NCBI GenBank assembly: GCA_010093815.1
Contig: ML996573.1
Origin: Pseudovirgaria hyperparasitica
Taxonomy: Eukaryota
Reading direction: 5' to 3' (one strand)
DNA length: 64,000 nucleotides
The position numbers were made by a program, and so were the translations under genes. Within the stretch, counting starts at the first letter, position 1. The number at the start of each line of letters is the position of its first letter. Below, piece after piece: positions 56,719-64,000 of this stretch. Under the pieces are notes generated by a model, which was given only the letters and a program-made list of their open reading frames with translations, was not told where the DNA came from and ran no database searches.

Positions 56719-59700
56719 ATGACTTCTCGTTCTGTCTTGGGCCGACCAGACCCTCTGCAGCGTTCGGTGACCGGACCTCCACATCGCCTCCCATCTCGCG
56801 GACACCCGACACCGCAGCAACACCACGCGAAACCACAGTCGCGCCAGGACCAGCCCGCTTTCAGCGGCGCTCTCGGCGATGGTGACAAGCGCTTTCAAGA
56901 GAACCTGTTGCAGAACACTCGTGTGTTGAAGGGTGCTCCTGCGGCGGGACCAGACCACAAGACTTCACCGGTCGATGCCACGAACACAGCTGCAAGGTTA
57001 CCCGCGAGGATTGCTTCACGAGGTAAACCGCAGTTATACTTCGACGATGGCTCGTACACCACAGATGTCTTCTCCAGTGCGCACTCCTCTGCTGGAGCAA
57101 ACACCAAGACCTCTCAAGGTAGTAGTGCGCCACTGCTCTCTCCAACGAACGTCATACCCTTCCCTCCACGGCCAGGCAACCAGAATATAGAACATAAAGT
57201 GCACCATGACAGGGATGTAGCGTCATCTGGGACTAAGAGTCGGAAAGGTACTTTTGAGCCTCCCCAAGCTGCACTCTGCTTTCCTGCCGCAAGTAAGTAG
57301 ATTACCTTATTCTCATGCCATGTTGTGTCTAACGTCTGCAGAACCTGTCGACTTCTTTCCGTGGTTTGGCAATCACCAAGAAGATGTGCTGACCGAGAAT
57401 GTGGTCAAGTCTGGCTTTCCGAACAAGGGCACAATGCACACCGAATCGCAGTCGGCCAATCAGATCATGAAGATGAACATTAAAAATAAACATGCGACTA
57501 CGAACCTTTCGCATCTCTTTGTAAAGGTCCTCGAGGCTCGTCAAGCTGCTGGTCGTCTGACTGCTCCATCAACCTTCAAGCCTCCGCCAAGAGTTGCCTT
57601 TACTGATTCTAAACGGGAGGCCTGGTTGAAAGAACTTGCCGGTCCGACCTCCAGTCTCCGACGCCTCAGCAGGACGATTCCACATGGTATTGCTGGTAAG
57701 CTGTTGTTGGAACAGTGCCTCTCGAAGAGCATTCCTGTGCCCAGGGCAGTTTGGCTTACAAAGTGCGTTGGTGCAAATGAAATGCGCGCATTTAAAAGAA
57801 AGGGTGCAACAGCTGCGACTGGTGCTGGAAGCGAGACGAAGTGGATTCGCGAATGGACCGTCTTCGTGGAACAGTTTGTAGAAGGTGTCGTTCATTCTTG
57901 TGGACAGCAGACTTCCTGGAAGCAGAGGATGGACTACACGATCCGCTTGTCAACACACTTGTACAACGATCGACTTCTTGACCAGGATCACTACCTGGAT
58001 TGGCTTCTGTCAGCGATCGAAGGCTCTCAGTCAGACAAGTTGCCGATATGGCTTCTACTCGTACAGATCCACTGGCGAGATCTGGTCGCATCCCGCCGAC
58101 GCGGCAGTCGCTTGGCCGAGAGCTTACTCCAGCATTCGCAAAACTCAACTCTGGAAGTCGGCGAGTATACTCAGAATCCTCTGTCTCGCCGCCTTGACCA
58201 CCTGCTGCTCACCCTTCTCATTGCACATCGCGGCTGTCTACTGCTGCCACAGACCTGGAAGAAATTCGAGCCATCATTAAAATCTCTTCTCAATCGTATT
58301 CCCGAAAGAGGAAGACACCAAGTCGACGCTGTCATCACACAGCTCGGTAAGCGAAACCAACGGCTGAGTAGCGGTGAGCCGCAACATTCGAGCTCAACAC
58401 AGTCTCCCGAGAAAGTCCTCCTCCGAACTCTTGACATGGTAGGTCACAAAGTCGACATCGGCGTGATCTCTGCACAGTGCATGTCTCTGGTGCCTAATCG
58501 AAGACGGCTAATCGAGCTGGTTCTACAGTGGGCTTGCTCAACTTGTCGAACTGGGGATCATCGAGCATATCTGGCCATGCGACTTCTTGGGAAGTGGAAC
58601 AGCCTCGGTTTTGAGACGGATGAAGTGATTATGCAATTTCTGCGGTCGCTAAACAGCACGAGTCGATGTAGCAAGAGTGCAGCCTTTCGAATTGGAGCCG
58701 GTCTAGTCAGGTCTAAGCGATTTAATGTTGGCAAATACCTGCAATGGCTCATTGCGACTGGCTCTGCCCTGATCAACCTGGGCTCAACGGAGATACCATG
58801 CCATGTGCAGTTCATTCTTGAGCTCCCAACCAGTGCACTCTCAGAACAGGCCGAAAACCTTCGTCGAACACTCCTTGAAGGCATGGGTTACTCAGTAGAG
58901 GCAGAAGACGAACACATCGAATCTTTGCAACTCTCACTGGTCTCATGGCTTGAATACGTCGCAGCAGCCTCTGAGCCGGTTCCCATCAACTCACATCCAC
59001 CCCTCGCCTGCGAGACTTTGACCGCTCGCTTCGCGGCCAGTCATAACCTTCGAGAAGTTTTGGCTGAGCGTATGTCTGCAGCCGGCTCTCCCGAGTCCCA
59101 AGAGGACGGTTTCCAAACGTCGTATAACACTGCCAACATCTCGCTCACAGAAGTCTGCGCCATAAGGCAACTATTGGAACAACTAGAAGATTTTCCAGTC
59201 CTGGCAGACGCCCTCGATTTAATCACTCGAAGTACTAACTACAATATCCTCAGTGCAGTTGCGGACACTCTGAACTGCCATTCGCGAGCTTTTGCTACAA
59301 TTGGCGCTTTGGTTCCCGTGCTTAGTAACCTGACGAAGCGATACAGCGCACTACGACATGACCGCATGCCCGACAAGCACTTCTTGCGTGCGTTCTCGGA
59401 TCTTTGTGTCAAGGTCCATGCTGAGCCGCAGCTTGTTGCTATACTAAAGTATGATTTATCGCGCACGGAACAGCAGTCATCGATAGCAGTCTGCTCGCCC
59501 GCTTCTGACAATATGGACATGCTTCATTCGACGAACATAGATAGTGACGAAGAGATTGAGCGAATTCTAGTCAGCGGTAACAGCATGGATGAGCAGATTA
59601 TGGGTCGAGTCTTCAAACGCATGACCACGAGATTGGCAGACTTACACAAAGGCCAGGCCCTCGACCTGTTCGTTTCGTGGTTTCCCCGCCTTCGAGCGTT

Positions 59701-61798
59701 TGACGAGAAAACTTTCGAGCGCCTTGCGCACGAATGGGTCTCCAACCTTCTTGTGGAGCAACAGCTCTCGGTCTTGCGCGTGGCCCTTCCAATCCTCGTT
59801 TCCACATCATGTATCTCTCTGGGTGATGTAGCGAAGAGATCAAGCAAGGTACTGGTCCTACTTGGAGGACACGACGGCGCTTCTGCAGCTCGCATGTCGA
59901 GCGAGATACTCGACCTGCTTTTGCCTTCGGACAAGCTGGTGACCTCGTGCCGACCGCAAGATGCGTATCGTCATCGCATCGAACAGCGTCGATTTTGCTC
60001 CGAATTCGTGTCGCTAATCTTACATCTTGTCCGTCAGTCGATCGACCTGTATACAAAGCATCTGCCTGAGAATGATCGGAGTGGGCTATACAGAATGCTC
60101 GAGGGTACCACACTGCTTAGCGTGTTGAGATCAGTTGGTATCGTCAATAAGCAAATCCTGCTCGATGCATTTCCCTATCAACCCGAAGACGCAAATACCG
60201 AGAAGCTCCTGTGCGTCAAGCGAATCATCAACACCCTCCTTGATCCGACAGGAAGTCTTTCGCTTGCCACTACTCCACTGAGCGACCAGATTGCTGTCGT
60301 TATTGATGCCATTGACGACTTGTCGATCCCCTTCTGTCAACTCGAACTCCATATGATATTTCTTCTGGACAAAGTTCTGAGTGAGGAGGGTGAGAATGGT
60401 GTCGAACTCGCGCTTCTGGATGCTATCAAGGCTGCGGTGGACAGAAACAGCTCTGGAGTTTCAGAACTCGTCTCTGGACTTGGTGAAGACGTTACGCGGA
60501 AGATTCGGGAGCATACAGAAGAGCAAATTCTCAATGCTGTGCCACTGACTGGTAAGAAGGGCATTCAATCTCTGCAGCAGATTGAAGTGCCACTCGAGTC
60601 AACTCTGAATCGCTACCTCGCAGTTGTTGATTCTATATCCTTTGCTCCTACAAGTCTTGGCAACCATGCGTTACTCAACGCGCTTATTGACAGGCTTAAG
60701 CTCTTGAACGAATGTCTTTCCGAGGACGCCTCGGACTTTTTTGCAATCGGCACCGCAACAGACGCAGAGATCGATGCTTCTGTTGCAAAGATCTGTCCCT
60801 GGCTAGAGGCTCTTCTACATCTTACAGTCGCACATCGACCATCGTTCCAAGCCGCGAAAGGGGCTCACCTTGGTGCATTGCTTTGTATCCTGCGCTGCCT
60901 GCTCGTGAATCCACGGCTACAGAAAAATCCCATCATCACACAACGAATTTTTGACATCGCCGTCATTTTCTCCGACGACCTTACTGACGATATGCGCGCC
61001 CACTTTGCAAAAGCCGAGTCCTCCAAGGCCTCACCTGGTGTACACACTCTTTTCATATTTGGCGGCTCACCTTCCCCCGACGGCTGGCTGGGCCTAGTCA
61101 TGCCAGGACATCCTGCCACTTCAGCCTCAGCCGCCGCCTCCGATTCAACATCTCAAACCGCAGCGCAACCTCAGCATCCATCCCGAATTAGCTCTCCTGC
61201 CGGACAGTCGACTATGCTCCGTTCCTCGACTCCCCAGCAGCGCCTCGCCCAACAACAGCAGCAGCAACAGCATCAGCAACAACAACAGCAGCAGCAGCAA
61301 CGCACTCAAGGTGCAAACGCCCAGTTCGCACAACTCCAGCGCCAAAACAGCCAGTCTCGCCTACCACAAACCCAGCAAACAAGCGCGGGAATGTTCACAC
61401 CATACAGCACGCCAGGATGGAACGCAGCGCAGAGCATGCAGGGCTTCGCGCAAACCCAGCAATTCGGCGGAGGACAAGCCGGCTTCCCCGGCAGCCAACC
61501 CGGCAGTAACTTTGCCTTTTCCGGGCCTATCCCCGGCGCTCCCCCAACGCCTGCGACACCCCAGATGATGCAGAACATGTCGACTGGATCCGCTGCGGGC
61601 TCGACAACGACATCGACAGCACAGCGTCTGGGTACAGATCTTCCGTCCGCTGCGAATAACAACACCAACAACAGTAATAGCAAACCAGTCCCATTCCTGT
61701 TCCGCCGATGGGAGCTCCTGCCCGATACGACGGGCAGTGCAACGGGCAATGATACGGCGCTGAGCCTGCAGCTCTTTGGCGCGAGGCGCGTTGTTTGA
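56719..61798 (+). CDS. SRB8: Mediator kinase-module subunit Med12/Srb8
   Basis: Intron 57293-57341; DFFPW.G.HQED, FKPPPRV...DSKREAWLKELA, LRRLSRTIPHGI.GK.LLEQC, VPRAVWL.KCVGANEMRAFKRKG; poly-Q tail; ends NDTALSLQLFGARRV. Confidence 0.95.
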
Positions 61799-62403
61799 AG
61801 AATTGAAAAAACAAACAAACTTGTGATGATGATGATGATGATGTCCTCCTAGGCGAGGGCTTTTTTTTCGGTTATATACATACGCAGTGGGGCGTTTCTG
61901 ATGGGTTTCTTCTTTCTTTTGTTCGGGTGGTGGGGGTTTGGAAGGGACTTGTTTGTTTATACATATCTATATATACATATATACCATGTTGATTGGGTAT
62001 TGGCGATTAGCGAGGAGGGTGTGGTGTGGTGTGGTGTTGTGGATGAGAAGGAAGGAAGGAAGGATTGACGGGTGGATGGTGTGGTGGACAGACAAGGAAG
62101 GAAGGAAGGAAGGAAGTAAGGAAGGAAAGAAGGATGGTGACGAAATAGCATAGCATAGCATAGCATGGAATTTTGCATAGCGAGTCATTGGACAGCGAAC
62201 CCTCATCATTTTATCAAACCCCCTCTTTCTCCCCCATTCTTTGCATGATATGTTAGTTCTGATTCGATATGTTATAAGATGTGGTATTCATTATGTTGAC
62301 GCGGCATACTAGTAGCGTGGTTTGAGCATTCTATGATGGATGGAGTAATTTTACTTTTGGACGTATTGAGAGATATGAGAATATATATGAAGATTTATAT
62401 ATA

Positions 62404-62485
62404 ATATTCAAGAGAGATATTCAAGAGAGATATTCAAGAGAGATATTCAAGAGAGATATTCAAGAGAGATATTCAAGAGAGATAT
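62404..62485. repeat. 13-bp tandem repeat x6 (ATATTCAAGAGAG)
   Basis: Directly visible between the convergent SRB8 and SNX3 3' ends. Confidence 0.95.
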
Positions 62486-63063
62486 GGATACCAGCTGGAT
62501 GGCTGGCTAACTGCGTCATTTCATGGTGTTTTTTTGGATTCCGTTGTCGTTGCATTTGTTGTGCTGTATGTAGCTGTGTTGTTTTGCGACGATCGCCTCG
62601 GATACTGTCTGTCTGGTTTGGCATGGCAATGGAATTGGTGTATATATATGATAAGGAAACAGTATGATGGTTTTTGGAAGACGACGTATATATATATATT
62701 TGATTCGAGTTTGAGTTTGAGTTTGAATTTGAATTGAGATTGATTGAAGAAGAATAACTCGCTAAAAGGGCAGCAGCATAACAGCAGTCAATGAGGTATG
62801 AGAATCTTATCAAAAAAAAAAGGGGACACACTCTCGTGTTTGAGTGTTGTTTCGAGTTGAGCTTGTGGGAATGGTAATTTGGTGGTTCTTTTTGTGGTAT
62901 CGTATTGCACGGAATCAAGTCAGAGGTGGAATTTCGCTTGCTTGCTTCCTTCCGTCTTCATGGTTCGTGATCCATCCAGTTCCTCCAAAAGAGATGCGGT
63001 GGTGTTCCCGTGGTCGTTGCATGTTTATCTCCCCCGATCGTCCAGCTGCCCCGAACGTCCTTC

Positions 63064-63794
63064 TCACCACGCATGTTTATCCCAATTCGGATCTATCACC
63101 AGCAATAAAAAGTCAGCCCTCAACTCAACCACCATCACCACCACCTCCTCCTTTGCCCCCCCAAAAAAGAAACACACACAAACTCACCCTGCACAAACGC
63201 CGCCAGCACCTTACTCCCCGTCTGCAACAGCGGATGTCCCACGACAATCTGCAAGAACCGCTGCAGGCCCTCCCGCCGATGCTCAATCACATCGTCATTA
63301 AACCGATTCGTGAATATCTTCCCCGGCAAGGGTGGGATGGTGACGCGCGCGCTCTCGCGCTCGAGGATGTCGCGGAAGGCTTCAAAGTCCGAGTAGCGCC
63401 GCCGTACGCTCGAGGATTTGAGCTTGAAGGCCGGGATGTTGGTGCGGAGGGCGATTTCGTAGGTCGTGTAGGTGCCGCGTGTGCTTCCGGTGCCGTGCGT
63501 GAGGGGGTTGCGGACCTGGTTGGGGGTGTTAGTTTGGGGAGGGGAGAAGAGGGGGGGGGTTGTATTGCGCTCTTCTTCGTGTGTATGATCGTGTCTCGCG
63601 CAGTATACATGGCAGCATATGAAGCAGAGGAAGGAGATGGCACGCGAGCGGGTGCTCAGGAGGAGATGAGGACGGGAGGAAAGGGGGGAGTGTAGGCAGG
63701 CTGTGTGCTTACTTACCTCGATCTCGAGGAAGTTCTCGGGTGGGCCGTAGAGTTCTTCGAAGCTCTGGCTTCGACTTTCGGGTAGGGTCTGCAT
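63064..63794 (-). CDS. SNX3: Sorting nexin 3 (PX domain)
   Basis: [66 protein letters not shown]; last exon DPNWDKHAW*; intron 63516-63716. Confidence 0.95.
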
Positions 63795-64000
63795 GGTGTG
63801 TTGTGTGTGTGTGAGAGTGTGAGAGTGTGTTTGTGGTGATGTGAGTGTGAGTGTGAGGGGGAGGAGGACTTGGCAGGTGGTCGTGAGGAGGGTGATGACT
63901 AGCGCGGTGGTGGGTTGATGTGATGGATCGGCGCACGAGGTGTGGCGCGGGGGGTGTGGCGCGAGCGTGGGGGTGCGTGGGCTGCGCGTTTGCCGATTGG

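Overview
Eukaryotic, intron-containing DNA from a filamentous ascomycete (Pezizomycotina; short GT-AG introns with CTAAC/CTGAC branch points, one RIP-like AT-rich relic). A conserved backbone comprises an O-methyltransferase end, an Rrt8/Lds-like membrane protein, an MDR oxidoreductase, SF3A1/Prp21, ISD11, DUF4267, RGD1, Sec61-gamma, CFIm68/Rbp35, DPP-IV, a frameshifted FAD monooxygenase, CWC25, RHO3, Asterix/PAT10, MED12/SRB8 and SNX3. Two accessory domains interrupt it. (1) At ~17.4-28.6 kb, an orphan signal-peptide/TM/coiled-coil gene is followed by ~6 kb of nested, apparently non-coding duplications (two 174-bp-period pairs, a ~120-bp array, a ~200-bp array, a 4-copy hairpin motif and a (CATGTACTT)n minisatellite with ~30 TGTA), next to the CFIm68 gene. 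(2) At ~32-44.3 kb, an island holds a Zn-finger APH-like kinase, a divergent orphan/FHA-kinase pair (kinase disrupted), a RIP-like relic and a convergent pair of nucleotidyltransferase-fold genes, one with AbiEii/type-IV-toxin-like motifs and Trp-rich repeats. This pair is the best candidate for an undescribed system. Exon boundaries were read by eye, and family calls rest on recognised motifs, not database searches.
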